DNA of 64,000 nucleotides from Candidatus Krumholzibacteriia bacterium (GTDB lineage: Bacteria > Krumholzibacteriota > Krumholzibacteriia > Krumholzibacteriales > Krumholzibacteriaceae), in assembly GCA_963836185.1 (NCBI GenBank), contig CAWIIQ010000001.1, positions 1 through 64,000 on the forward strand, in the 5' to 3' direction. Made by a program: the position numbers and the translations under genes. Of this stretch, positions 31,726 through 42,056 are shown in pieces. Within the stretch, counting starts at the first letter, position 1; the number at the start of each line of letters is the position of its first letter. The notes beneath the pieces were generated by a model that searched no databases, was not told the DNA's origin, and worked only from the letters and a program-made list of their open reading frames with translations.

Positions 31726-34705
31726 GAATAGAGAAGGCAGATCCCCGGCGTTCGTCAGCATACCGCAGGCGAGGCTGATAGAGCTCGTTGCCATGTTCGC
31801 GATCCTCTACGTCGCGAGAGAGATCGCCGGATTCACTTATCATACGGGACTCGTGGTCGGGATCTTTCTCGGCGCGGCGTTTCTCAATGTGACGATATCC
31901 TCCGTGCGGGGGATACTGCGCAACCACGGCAGCGCGGCAGCCGATCAGCGGGTATGGAGCTGGCTGGCCGTCATGATCGATCTCGGCACGGTGCTCTCAT
32001 TGATATACTTCACCGGGACGGTGAACAGCCCGTTCATGTTCCTTGTCGTCGTTCCGCTCTTCTTCGCGGGCAGGCTCCTTCCCGCGATGTCGGCCGGATT
32101 CGCCGTTACATTCGTCACCATAGCGACGATAGCGACACTCGGCCTGCTCGAGCTCAAAGGGATCATCCCCCACAACTCGGTCCTCGGCGGAGCGTTCGCC
32201 GGGCCGGCAGAATCGCATTACCTTATAGGGACGCTCCTGGTCGTCGGCGGATTCATGAGCCTGATGACATACCTGTTCGGTACATTCTACGATAACTTCC
32301 AGGTCTATTTCCAGGACGCCGAGCAACGCCTGGACTCCTCGCGCAAGAGAATTCTCGAACTGACCCGCCTCTATGACATAAGCCTCGGGATCAACTCGGT
32401 GATAAGCCTCGATACCCTGCTCAAGATGGTATGCAAGGAAGTCACACTTCTGCTGAGGCGTCCGTGGGCCGCCGTCGCCCTGATATCTCAGAAAAACGAA
32501 GTCGTCAAGTTTATCGAGCTCGGGGCGGGGGATGCCTGCGCCGATGATCTGTGTGATAAGCTTGAAGATGATCCGCTGCTGCGCGAGATGATCGGCAGCG
32601 AGGAGGGGCTCACGGTCGAGAACGCCTCACGTCACGAGACGCTGGGGAAATCACTCCTTATAAAGGAGAGGGGACTCAGGCCCATCCTTGCCGTGCCGGT
32701 GATGTCCGGTCACGATTCTCAGGGCGTTCTGTTCGTAGGCGACCATGAGAATGAGCCGTTCAGCGACGAGGATATCAAGTTGATGGCGATACTCTCCGGC
32801 CAGATCTCAACCGCCATCGAGAAGAGCCGGCTCTACGAGGTGATGACAGGAAGGATCCGCCGCCTGGAGCGTGAGAACGGGACGCTGGAGAACTCGAACA
32901 AGCTGAAGATGGGATATATCTCTCACGTTTCGCACGAGCTCAAGACACCGCTTACATCTATAAAGGCATATGTCGAATCGCTGACCGAGAATATCAATGA
33001 CCCGGGATTCACCGAGGGGCAGGATTTCCTCGGCGTGATCTCGAACGAGACCGACAGGCTGATCCGGCTCGTTAACAAGGTCCTCGACATATCGAAGATC
33101 GAGTTCGGGCAGAGGACCCTGCGGCGAAGGCTGTTCGATATGCACGGTCTCGTGACCGAAGTCGATACTGCGCTGCAGCCGTATCTCTGCGACAAGAACC
33201 TTCGCCTGCTCATCGATTTCCCCGATTCCCTGCCGCTCGTGGATGGAGACGAGGACCTTGTCAAGCAGGTGCTGATCAACCTGATAGGAAACGCCGTGAA
33301 GTTCTCTTCTCCCGGCTCGAGGATATTCCTCGGAGCGGAGGAAGAGGCCGTCTCGATAAAGGTCACTATACGCGACGAGGGAGTCGGCATACCTGAAGAC
33401 GACCTGAAGAATATCTTCAAGCAGTTCTACCAGGTAGGCAGCGATTCATCCGAGGGAGTGGGCCTCGGGCTCGCGATCGTAAAGAACATAGTGGAGCAGC
33501 ACGGCGGGTACGTGAATGTCTCCAGCGAGATAAACGAGGGGAGCACGTTCACCTTCACGCTGCCGAAGGAACATCATTTCAACGATCTGCTCGGATATAT
33601 CTTCGATTCGATGGACGCTCGCGACGAGATCCAGGAGATGTTCCAGCTCGCCGTGAAGGTCGTAGCCGAGCTTCTGTCGGCGAAGATCGTATCGATGATG
33701 CTCCTCGACCGCGACCGCAAGGAACTCTTTATCAAGGTCGCATACGGCCTCGATGAGAGGATCGTGGAGAACGCCCGCGTGAAAGTGGGTATGAGTGTCG
33801 CCGGCCGCGTCGCGGAGACGGGAGAGCCCCTCCTTATAGAGGACATAGAGGATACCTCTCTCGCTTCGGTGAGATCTAACAATCCGCAGTATGAGACGAA
33901 GTCGCTGCTGAGCGTGCCGCTCATCGTCGGTTCGACGGTCATCGGCGTCATCAACGCGAATAACAAGACCTCGGGCAAGCCTTTCACCGAGGACGACATG
34001 GTCCTGATGCAGAGCATATCCGAGAGGATCTCAAAGGTCATCGAGCGCATGCGTACGGCGGAGGATTTCCACGCCTTCCTGCACGAGACGATCTCGTCGC
34101 TGAACTCGCTTCTCGAGATCTGCGAGGCCGACGAGGCCGGCATGCGCAACAGGATGGTCGAATGGGCGGTCAGGATCGCGAGGAAGCTCAGCCTGCCCGA
34201 AAAAGAGATACAGGTCATCCAGTTCGTCTCGAGCGTTCATGATGTGGGCATGACGACGATCAGCGACAACATACTCTCGAAGACGCTCGACCTGACACCG
34301 GACGAGATAGACGAGATACACAAGCACCCTCAGAGGGGCGCGACGATAATGAGGCCGCTGGAGTTCGTAGAGGCGGTAAGCCAGACGATGCTCTTCCATC
34401 ACGAGAAGCTGGACGGCACGGGATACCCGATGGGCCTGAAGGGCAACCAGATACCGATAGGCGCGAGGATCATCGCCGTGCTGGACGCGTGGGTCGCCAT
34501 GGTGAGCGAACGCCCGTTCAGGAGAAAGCTCGCTCTCGATGAATCGATCAACGAGCTCGTGGAAAACGCGGGGAAACAGTTCGACCGCGAAGTCATCGGC
34601 GCATTTATGGAAGTGCTCGTTGACGAGGGTCAGATAGAGATAGAGGAATACGCGGGGATAAGAGACAGGCTGAGATTCGGCGGCAGGCATCACGCCATGC
34701 CGTAG
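31712..34705 (+). CDS. Membrane GAF-HisKA-HATPase-GAF-HD-GYP fusion protein A
   Basis: About 6 TMs; GAF; SHELKTPLTSI; NLIGNAVKF; GVGLGL; second GAF; HDVG, HHEKLDGTGYP. Confidence 0.88.
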   Translation: MTVNKNREGRSPAFVSIPQARLIELVAMFAILYVAREIAGFTYHTGLVVGIFLGAAFLNVTISSVRGILRNHGSAAADQRVWSWLAVMIDLGTVLSLIYFTGTVNSPFMFLVVVPLFFAGRLLPAMSAGFAVTFVTIATIATLGLLELKGIIPHNSVLGGAFAGPAESHYLIGTLLVVGGFMSLMTYLFGTFYDNFQVYFQDAEQRLDSSRKRILELTRLYDISLGINSVISLDTLLKMVCKEVTLLLRRPWAAVALISQKNEVVKFIELGAGDACADDLCDKLEDDPLLREMIGSEEGLTVENASRHETLGKSLLIKERGLRPILAVPVMSGHDSQGVLFVGDHENEPFSDEDIKLMAILSGQISTAIEKSRLYEVMTGRIRRLERENGTLENSNKLKMGYISHVSHELKTPLTSIKAYVESLTENINDPGFTEGQDFLGVISNETDRLIRLVNKVLDISKIEFGQRTLRRRLFDMHGLVTEVDTALQPYLCDKNLRLLIDFPDSLPLVDGDEDLVKQVLINLIGNAVKFSSPGSRIFLGAEEEAVSIKVTIRDEGVGIPEDDLKNIFKQFYQVGSDSSEGVGLGLAIVKNIVEQHGGYVNVSSEINEGSTFTFTLPKEHHFNDLLGYIFDSMDARDEIQEMFQLAVKVVAELLSAKIVSMMLLDRDRKELFIKVAYGLDERIVENARVKVGMSVAGRVAETGEPLLIEDIEDTSLASVRSNNPQYETKSLLSVPLIVGSTVIGVINANNKTSGKPFTEDDMVLMQSISERISKVIERMRTAEDFHAFLHETISSLNSLLEICEADEAGMRNRMVEWAVRIARKLSLPEKEIQVIQFVSSVHDVGMTTISDNILSKTLDLTPDEIDEIHKHPQRGATIMRPLEFVEAVSQTMLFHHEKLDGTGYPMGLKGNQIPIGARIIAVLDAWVAMVSERPFRRKLALDESINELVENAGKQFDREVIGAFMEVLVDEGQIEIEEYAGIRDRLRFGGRHHAMP

Positions 34706-37700
34706 ATGGAGTATTCGATGCTCAGGACCGGTGCGGAACATATGTTTACAGGTGAGACCGGAGCGGTGACGTACCTTTTCGTCCTGCTTCTTCTCTCGCT
34801 CTCCTGCGTCTGCAGGGCTGTCTCGGCCCGCAGGGAAGGCGGAAGGAAGGAGCTCGGCGCGCTGTCGGCGGGGCTGCTGCTTTTCGTCGGTGCACGCGCC
34901 CTGGGCCTTTTCACGATGAGATCGGCAGGGGAGAATCTTTCGCTGTTCGCGGCAGTCGCCGGGCTGGCGGGACTCTACCTGATGATAACCTCGATAGTGT
35001 CCGGCCGGAGGAAAGGCGACTATTCTCCGCTGAGCAGAACGGTCCTGGGAGGAGGCCTTATCGCAGGAGCTGCCCTCGGAGGCGCGGCCCTCGTCCTCCT
35101 GCCTGATTCGGTCACCGGCCCCGCGGCGTTGAAGACAGGACATATATTCGCCGCCGCCGTCCCGGCGGGACTTATCACGGGAATGCTGATCGAGAAAGGG
35201 CGCAGGTCGGCTGGAGGCTGGTCCGCCGTACGTAGCGCGGGAGGGTTCTTCATAGGCTCTGCCGCTGCTGTTTTTCTCTCTGCCGCGGCCGTCGTCGCGA
35301 CCATAGGATGGGCCGGGTTCCCCGGAGGCGGGACATTCGTGCTCCAGCTGGGCGCGCTTCTCGACGTGGCGGGGATGTTCCTTTTCCTCGCCTGGCTGAC
35401 GCTCGAGCCGGCGGGCAGAAGGCAACCGGGAGCCATCGATGAGGCAGCGGCGGGCGATGCTCTGCCGGAGGATGCCGAAGAAGAGATCAGACCGGGACTG
35501 CGGGTCATGGAGATCAGCCGCGCCGTAGTCACGGGCCAGAGGGAGACAGAGGTCTACAGGGATATAGCGGCTTCGATCTGCGATGAGACAGGCGCGGACT
35601 TCGTCGTCGTGCGCGCTTCGAGTGAAGGCGACGAGAGATTCGAGGTAAAGGGATTCTCGGCGGAAGGCTATGAATCTGTTTCCCCCGCTTTTTCGCTGAG
35701 CCTTACAAGGGACCGGCTGGAAAGTCACAGCGGCATCGGGCGGGACGGCTCCAACGTGCTCGTCCTCGACGAGAAGGCCCTCGGTGAGGACAGGGAGGCG
35801 TTCGTGCCTTCGATGTTCCTCGACGTAAAGGGATCTGTCGCCGTGATGCCGGTCGGAGTGGCCGGCATGGAAAGAGCCGTGGTGATCGCCGGTTTCTTCC
35901 GCGACGGATTGCCTGCGGCCGTCCACGAAGTGTTCGAGGCTTACGGGATGAACATCATGCAGATCGTCGAGCGCGAAGTGTGGTCGGGAAGGACAAGAAA
36001 AAGGGAGAAGGACCTGGCGCTCTGCAAGGAGGAGCTCGAGAGTGTCAACCAGATGAAGAGCAATTTCCTCTCGATCGTATCGCACGAGCTCAGAACGCCG
36101 CTGACATCGGTAAAGGCATATACGGAGACGCTGATGGATAACGTCGAGTCTGTCGAGACCGACACCGTCCGCGATTTCCTGAAGGTGATGGGGGAGGAGA
36201 ACGACCGTGTCATCTCTCTCGTCGACAATATACTGAACTATTCATGCATGGAGAACGGGCACCTCAAGGTCGAGAAAGCGGAGTGCGATCTCGGCGAGCT
36301 GATAGAGGAGGTGCACGCCGGGCTGGAGAACAGGATGCTGACCGAGCGCGTCAACAGCGAGATCAAGCTGCCGCGGGGCAAGGTCGTCGTCGATGCCGAC
36401 AGGGAACTTATCCGGCAGATGCTCACCAACCTGATGAGTAACGCGATCAAGTTTACCCCTGAAGGCGGACGGGTCACCGTCGTTCTCGAAGAGGAAGCCT
36501 CCGCCGCGAGGATCGTCGTCCAGGATACGGGCAAGGGGATCCCGGAGGACCAGCTCGAAAAGATATTCGAGAGATTCCACCAGGTAGACGCGAGCGACAC
36601 GCGCGAGCATGGAGGCTCGGGCCTCGGGCTGGCTATATGCAAGAACATCGTTGAATGGCACGACGGCAGGATATGGGTCGAGAACGTCAAGGAGGCGGGA
36701 GCGAAGTTCACCGTGATGATCCCGATGAAGGATATCATAGTGCGGCACGCGATCTCGTCGGGATTCATCGGCTCGGTCCGGTTCGAGAGGGAGCGGTTCC
36801 TCACCCTTCTCGTCGAGATGCTGTCCGGGTTCCTGCAGGCGAGAAAATCTTCGATCATGCTCTTCGATCCGCGCGACCGCACGCTGCAGGTCGTAGCGGC
36901 CAAGGGGCTCGATCCCGAGTTCGTCCAGAATTCCCGTGTCGAGGTGGGAGACCGCATATCCGGAAAGGTATTCGCCGAGGAGGAAGCTCTCCATGTATTC
37001 GACATCGAGAACGATTCAAAGGTGTCGAGGAGCAACAACACGGCGTACTACTGGACGAAGTCGTTTATCTCGGTGCCGCTGCGCGACGGGAACGACGTCA
37101 TCGGCGTGCTCAACGTCGCCGATCACGTCGACAACAGGGGATTCACAGAGGCCGACCGCGAGATCCTCGAGTCTCTCGGGCCGGTCATCTCGGGGATGGT
37201 CAAGAAGCTCGATGCCTATGAGACAGTATCCTCGAATTTCGAGAAGCTCAAGGACGCCATGAAGAGCATCCTTCATATAAGGGAAGTCTGGGGCGCGAGA
37301 AACATGCTGAACTTCACGATAATCGCCATGTCGGTCGCGCGCAGGCTCAACCTGGACGAGAAATCGCTGACGGCGCTGAGGATGGGCATGAGCATGTACG
37401 ATCTCGGCATGATGAAGATCCCGAGGTCGCTGAGGGTCAAGAAGGAGAGCCTCACCGAGAAGGAATGGGACAAGCTCAGGGAGCATCCCGACCTCGGTTA
37501 CGCGCTCGTCTCTCCGATGGGGCTCGATGAGAGGATCATGAAGATGGTCCGCGGCCATCACGAGCATTTCGACGGCAGCGGCTATCCGGCCGGCCTGATG
37601 AAGGACGAGATACCGATCGAGGCGAGGATCCTCAACGTGGTCGATTCCTTCAGGGCGCTTATAACGCCGGGACCGTACCGCCGGTGCTTCTCGATAGACG

Positions 37701-37924
37701 AGGCTAAAAACGAGATCATTCAGGGCTCAGGCAAGAGATTCGACCCGAAGGTGGTCGGCGCGTTCGTGAAAGCGCTTCACGACCTTGGAGCCAGGGACGA
37801 TAGATGCGAGCTCGTCCTCGACGCGGTCGAGAGGGAGCTTGAAGAGAAAAAGCTGGAAAACGAAGAAACGACAGAAACAGAGACAACCGAAACAACACAG
37901 GAAACAGTCAAGGAAGGTGTTTGA
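34706..37924 (+). CDS. Membrane GAF-HisKA-HATPase-GAF-(degenerate HD-GYP) fusion protein B
   Basis: About 7 TMs; SHELRTPLTSV; NLMSNAIKF; GGSGLGL; GAF; YDLG in place of HD; HHEHFDGSGYP. Confidence 0.88.
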   Translation: MEYSMLRTGAEHMFTGETGAVTYLFVLLLLSLSCVCRAVSARREGGRKELGALSAGLLLFVGARALGLFTMRSAGENLSLFAAVAGLAGLYLMITSIVSGRRKGDYSPLSRTVLGGGLIAGAALGGAALVLLPDSVTGPAALKTGHIFAAAVPAGLITGMLIEKGRRSAGGWSAVRSAGGFFIGSAAAVFLSAAAVVATIGWAGFPGGGTFVLQLGALLDVAGMFLFLAWLTLEPAGRRQPGAIDEAAAGDALPEDAEEEIRPGLRVMEISRAVVTGQRETEVYRDIAASICDETGADFVVVRASSEGDERFEVKGFSAEGYESVSPAFSLSLTRDRLESHSGIGRDGSNVLVLDEKALGEDREAFVPSMFLDVKGSVAVMPVGVAGMERAVVIAGFFRDGLPAAVHEVFEAYGMNIMQIVEREVWSGRTRKREKDLALCKEELESVNQMKSNFLSIVSHELRTPLTSVKAYTETLMDNVESVETDTVRDFLKVMGEENDRVISLVDNILNYSCMENGHLKVEKAECDLGELIEEVHAGLENRMLTERVNSEIKLPRGKVVVDADRELIRQMLTNLMSNAIKFTPEGGRVTVVLEEEASAARIVVQDTGKGIPEDQLEKIFERFHQVDASDTREHGGSGLGLAICKNIVEWHDGRIWVENVKEAGAKFTVMIPMKDIIVRHAISSGFIGSVRFERERFLTLLVEMLSGFLQARKSSIMLFDPRDRTLQVVAAKGLDPEFVQNSRVEVGDRISGKVFAEEEALHVFDIENDSKVSRSNNTAYYWTKSFISVPLRDGNDVIGVLNVADHVDNRGFTEADREILESLGPVISGMVKKLDAYETVSSNFEKLKDAMKSILHIREVWGARNMLNFTIIAMSVARRLNLDEKSLTALRMGMSMYDLGMMKIPRSLRVKKESLTEKEWDKLREHPDLGYALVSPMGLDERIMKMVRGHHEHFDGSGYPAGLMKDEIPIEARILNVVDSFRALITPGPYRRCFSIDEAKNEIIQGSGKRFDPKVVGAFVKALHDLGARDDRCELVLDAVERELEEKKLENEETTETETTETTQETVKEGV

Positions 37925-38301
37925 TGGCGAAGGGCAAGATACTCGTCGTAGACGATGAGGTTAACATCACGCAGATCCTCGAGTTCAGCATCGGGGCGGA
38001 AGGTTACGAGGTCGTGACAGCGGCGAACGGCGAAGAGGCGATAGACAAGGCTCGCCGCGAGCAGCCCGACCTGATCATCCTCGATGTCATGATGCCGAAG
38101 ATCGATGGGTACGAGGCATGCAGGATACTCAAGGCCAATCCCCTGACCAAGGGTATCCCTGTCGTCCTGCTGACCGCAAAGGGCAGGGACATCGACAAGA
38201 GGCTCGGCTACGAGGTGGGAGCCACCGACTACATCATCAAGCCGTTCAGCCCGAACAAGCTCGTGGACAGGATCCACCAGCTGCTGGTCGGCTCGAAATA
38301 G
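37924..38301 (+). CDS. Single-domain response regulator
   Basis: ILVVDDE, LDVMMP, LTA, KPFS; TGATG overlap. Confidence 0.93.
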   Translation: MAKGKILVVDDEVNITQILEFSIGAEGYEVVTAANGEEAIDKARREQPDLIILDVMMPKIDGYEACRILKANPLTKGIPVVLLTAKGRDIDKRLGYEVGATDYIIKPFSPNKLVDRIHQLLVGSK

Positions 38302-38370
38302 TCAGGCTCAGTCATCTTCGATGGCTAATCAGGTTGCCCGGCGCGGCCTTCACGTCATATACTCCGCGAT

Positions 38371-40380
38371 GTGATGACACCGCGCCGCGAAATACACGGC
38401 TTTGCCGAGATCGCGCTTCCCGTCCCCGTGGACGGGACTTTTACCTATATAGTGCCTGAAGAGATGCGGGAATCGATCGTTCCCGGGTGCCGCGTCATGG
38501 TGCCGTTCGGCCGCAGGAAGATGACCGGCTACGTGATCTCGACCCACATCGGATACTCCCGAAGGATTCAAGCTCAAGAAGATATCGACGCTGCTCGACG
38601 AGGAGCCGCTGATCACGCCCGCGCTCCTCGAACTCGCCCGCTGGATGGCCGAGTATTACGTCCACTCACCCGGCGAGGTCCTCAGGGCGATACTCCCCGC
38701 CTCGCTCAAGGGAAAGGGAAGGAAGAAACCTTCCGTCTCGAGCGATTCGATGTTTCCCGAGGACGAATTCCGCCCCGAGCTGACCGCCGAGCAGGAAAAG
38801 GCTTTCAACGCGATCACCGGTTCGGTCGAAAGGGAAGAGTTCGCGCGCTATCTCATCTTCGGAGTCACCGGCAGCGGCAAGACCGAGGTCTACCTCAGGT
38901 GCATCGAAGAGGTCCTGGCCAGCGGGGGGCGCGCGATCGTCCTGATCCCGGAGATATCGCTCGTGCCGCAGACGACGGCCAGGTTCCGCAGGAGGTTCGG
39001 GGAGAGGGTGGCGGTCATTCACAGCAGGCTGACCGGGCCGCAGCGGGCCTCGATCTGGAGGGACGCTGCCGCCGGCAGGGTGGATGTCGTCATCGGGGCG
39101 CGTTCGGCAGTCTTCGTCCCGCTCAAGGGCCTGCGGATGATCGTCGTCGACGAGGAGCAGGACTCGTCGTTCAAGCAGCAGGAGAAGCCACGGTACAGCG
39201 CGCTTGATGTGGCGGAGTTCAGGGCGCGCACGGAGAACGCCGTCATGGTCACCGGCTCGGCCACCCCTTCTCTCGAGTCGTGGCACAGGTCGTACGGCCC
39301 CGCGATAGATAGAGGTTCATCCTCCCCGACCGTCCCGGAGCGGGGGAGCTTCCGCCTGTCGAGATCATAGACATGCGCAAGAAACGCAGGGGGATCTCCG
39401 AAGATCTTCTCGATGCCCTCGATTCGTGCGTCTCCGCGGGGAGACAGGCGATAGTCCTGATAAACCGCAGGGGGTTCGCGAACTACCTCCAGTGCCCGAA
39501 GTGCGGATGGGTAGGAAGCTGTCCGAACTGCTCGATATCGCTCACCTGGCACAGCAGGGGAGGCAGGCTCGCGTGCCATTACTGCGGCTACAGCGGGAGC
39601 ACGCCGGAGAAATGCCCCGAATGCGGCTCGTACGGCTTCGTCCGCCTCGGCGGTGGGACGCAGAAGGTCGAATCGGACCTGGTCAACCTTCTTCCCGGCG
39701 TGAGGATCCTGAGGATGGATCTCGACACGACGGCAGGAACGAGCGGTCACTCCGATATTCTCGAGAAGTTCGCCGGGGGCGGGGCCGATATCCTTCTCGG
39801 GACACAGATGGTAGCCAAGGGGCATCACTACCCGAACGTCACCGTCGTGGGCATCCTTTCGGCCGATGCCGGCCTGAACTTCCCCGACTTCCGCGCGTCC
39901 GAGAGGACCTTCCAGCTCCTCTCCCAGGCGGCTGGAAGGACGGGCAGGGGCAGCGAGGGGGGAAAGGTCTACATCCAGACATATACGCCGGAGCATTATA
40001 TCTTCGATTTTATTGTAAGGCACGATTTCCCGGGTTTCGCCTCGGCGGAGATCGATTCAAGGGTCCAGTTCGACTATCCGCCGGCTGGCCGCCTGATCCT
40101 GCTGACGGTATCGGCAAAGACGCAGGGTGGGGCGATGGAGGGCGGCGAGGCGGCGGCGGAGGCAGCCGCGGCGTCGGGGGCAGTGCCCGAGCTGAGCATT
40201 CTCGGCCCGGTGCCCGCGATGATAGAGAGATTGAGGGGGATGTTCAGGGTCCAGCTCCTCGTCCGTGCCGGTATCGGGGCGCAGGAGAAACGGAAACTGG
40301 TCGATGCTGCCCGCGGCGCCCTGTCCGGGATGCGGGGGACCACACTGCAGTGGGACGTCGACCCTCTCGATATCTTCTGA
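38371..40380 (+). CDS. priA: Primosomal protein N' (frameshifts near 38555 and 39310)
   Basis: VPFG, GVTGSGKTEVY, PEISL, DEEQD, NRRGF, four CxxC, GTQMVAKG, QAAGRTGR, DVDP. Confidence 0.92.
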
Positions 40381-40402
40381 TGTCCCACGAGGGGCTTTCC
40401 GC

Positions 40403-40431
40403 TTGACAGAGCGGCGGCCGGTTGCTAATTT
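40403..40431 (+). promoter_or_regulatory. Sigma70 promoter of the TPR lipoprotein gene
   Basis: TTGACA - 17 bp - TAATTT with extended TG. Confidence 0.6.
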
Positions 40432-40609
40432 TCCAGTGTAAAGAGAAGATACCACGATACTTCCATTTCCCGTCCAGACTTATCGATGTCGGGAAGATTC
40501 CCCGGGTTCACAGCAGAAACTTGTACAAGTGCACCCGCTGAAGGTTTGTTTCGTGACAGGGAGAGATCGAAGGTAAGGAACCGAGGTTTCGAAGGAGGTC
40601 AGTTCGCAC

Positions 40610-41662
40610 ATGAACAGGAAGCATATCATACTTGTGCTCCTCGTCGCCGCTCTCGCGACAGTCTTCGCGTGCAAGAGTGTTGAGACTACGAGCGCGATGC
40701 TTCATAACCAGACCGGCAACTACGAGGATGCCATCGCACAGGCCAAGCTCGGCCTCGAGAAGGATCCCAATGATGCCGAGGCGCATTTCCAGCTCGGCAT
40801 CTCATATTCGTACATCGAAGAGATGGCGCTGTCGTACGAGAACTTCATGAAAGCGGCAGAGCTTGATCCCAATAAGCAGAAGCTTGCCGAGGACAACATC
40901 AAATCGAACTGGGCCCGCCATTTCAACGCCGGAATCGCCGAGTTCCAGGGCGATAACATCGAAGGCGCCGCCGTCGAGTTCAAGGAGACCGTCGATGCCG
41001 ATCCGAGGCAGATCAAGGGATGGCTCAACCTGGCGAAGGCATACAACTCGCTCGCTGATACGGATACGACATACTGGGATAAGTCTTTTCTTGTAGCCGA
41101 CACGCTGATGGTGCTCGTCTCTGAAGACGACCAGGACTACGGCAAGGTCCTCGAGCTCGCCGGCAAGGTCCTTATCATCAAGGGCGAGGATGACAGAGCT
41201 TACGAGATATTCGAAAAACTGATGAGGGACGATCCGGTCAACGCCGAGATAATCGAGGAAATAGGAAACAGCTACCTCCTCGAGGAAAACTGGGAACAGG
41301 CCGTAAGATTCTTCCAGCTGGCGTCGGACGGCCGCCGTGCGACGGAGACAGAGAGCTTCGATCTCTATTACAACATGGGAGTCTGCCATCTGAGGCTCGA
41401 CCAGTTCCTGCTTTCCGCCGACGCGTTTCAGAACGCCCTTATTATCGAACCTGAGAACAAGGCCGCGCACTACAGTCTTCTGCTTGCCTACTATTCGGGC
41501 GAGTTCTGGGACGAGGCGATCATGCAGGGCCAGATCTACACGGAGAAGTTCCCCGATGAAGAGAGGGGCTGGCAGATCCTGAGTCTCTCCTTCAGCAAGA
41601 AAGGTATGAAGATCAAGGCCGAGGAAGCGGCCAGGAAATATCAGGAGTTGATGGGAGGCTGA
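40610..41662 (+). CDS. TPR-repeat lipoprotein
   Basis: SD GGAGG; lipobox VFAC; repeated TPR motifs such as DPNDAEAHFQLG. Confidence 0.85.
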   Translation: MNRKHIILVLLVAALATVFACKSVETTSAMLHNQTGNYEDAIAQAKLGLEKDPNDAEAHFQLGISYSYIEEMALSYENFMKAAELDPNKQKLAEDNIKSNWARHFNAGIAEFQGDNIEGAAVEFKETVDADPRQIKGWLNLAKAYNSLADTDTTYWDKSFLVADTLMVLVSEDDQDYGKVLELAGKVLIIKGEDDRAYEIFEKLMRDDPVNAEIIEEIGNSYLLEENWEQAVRFFQLASDGRRATETESFDLYYNMGVCHLRLDQFLLSADAFQNALIIEPENKAAHYSLLLAYYSGEFWDEAIMQGQIYTEKFPDEERGWQILSLSFSKKGMKIKAEEAARKYQELMGG

Positions 41663-41673
41663 GAGGACTTTCG

Positions 41674-41701
41674 CGGGGACGCGCCCTCAGGCGCGTCCCC
41701 G
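41674..41701 (+). terminator. GC-rich stem-loop after the TPR gene (no U-tract)
   Basis: CGGGGACGCGCC-CTCA-GGCGCGTCCCCG, perfect 12-bp stem. Confidence 0.55.
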
Positions 41702-41751
41702 TCAACGCTTCGCCCCGCCGGTGTTCTCTCCACGCAGACTTCCCATTTGTC

Positions 41752-41780
41752 TTGACACGAGGAGGATTCTCGAATATTAT
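41752..41780 (+). promoter_or_regulatory. Sigma70 promoter of rho
   Basis: TTGACA - 17 bp - TATTAT. Confidence 0.7.
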
Positions 41781-42056
41781 TGTCAGTGTAAGGGTCGGAT
41801 TCTTCGATGTCCCCAGTTCTCCCAGAAAGATGGAGGTTTTTCCCGGCAACGGGTCCTCGCGTAAGCCCATTTGATGATTGTCACATATCATATTCGAGCA
41901 ATACGGAATCCATCGACATCAACGGAGACATCGGCCAGAGCGGTCGATATCGACGAGTTGGATAAATCCCGATTTCATGTAAGAAAGGAAATGCAAGTGA
42001 ACCCGCGGGGCAGCGCCCGGCGGTAGTGAGGGGTCACAGTAAAGAGGTTTTAATCT

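Noticed and set aside
37850-37915. A-rich GAAAC-type repeats at the end of receptor B
   Set aside because: They encode a low-complexity T/E tail (ETTETETTETTQET); no evidence of a separate element
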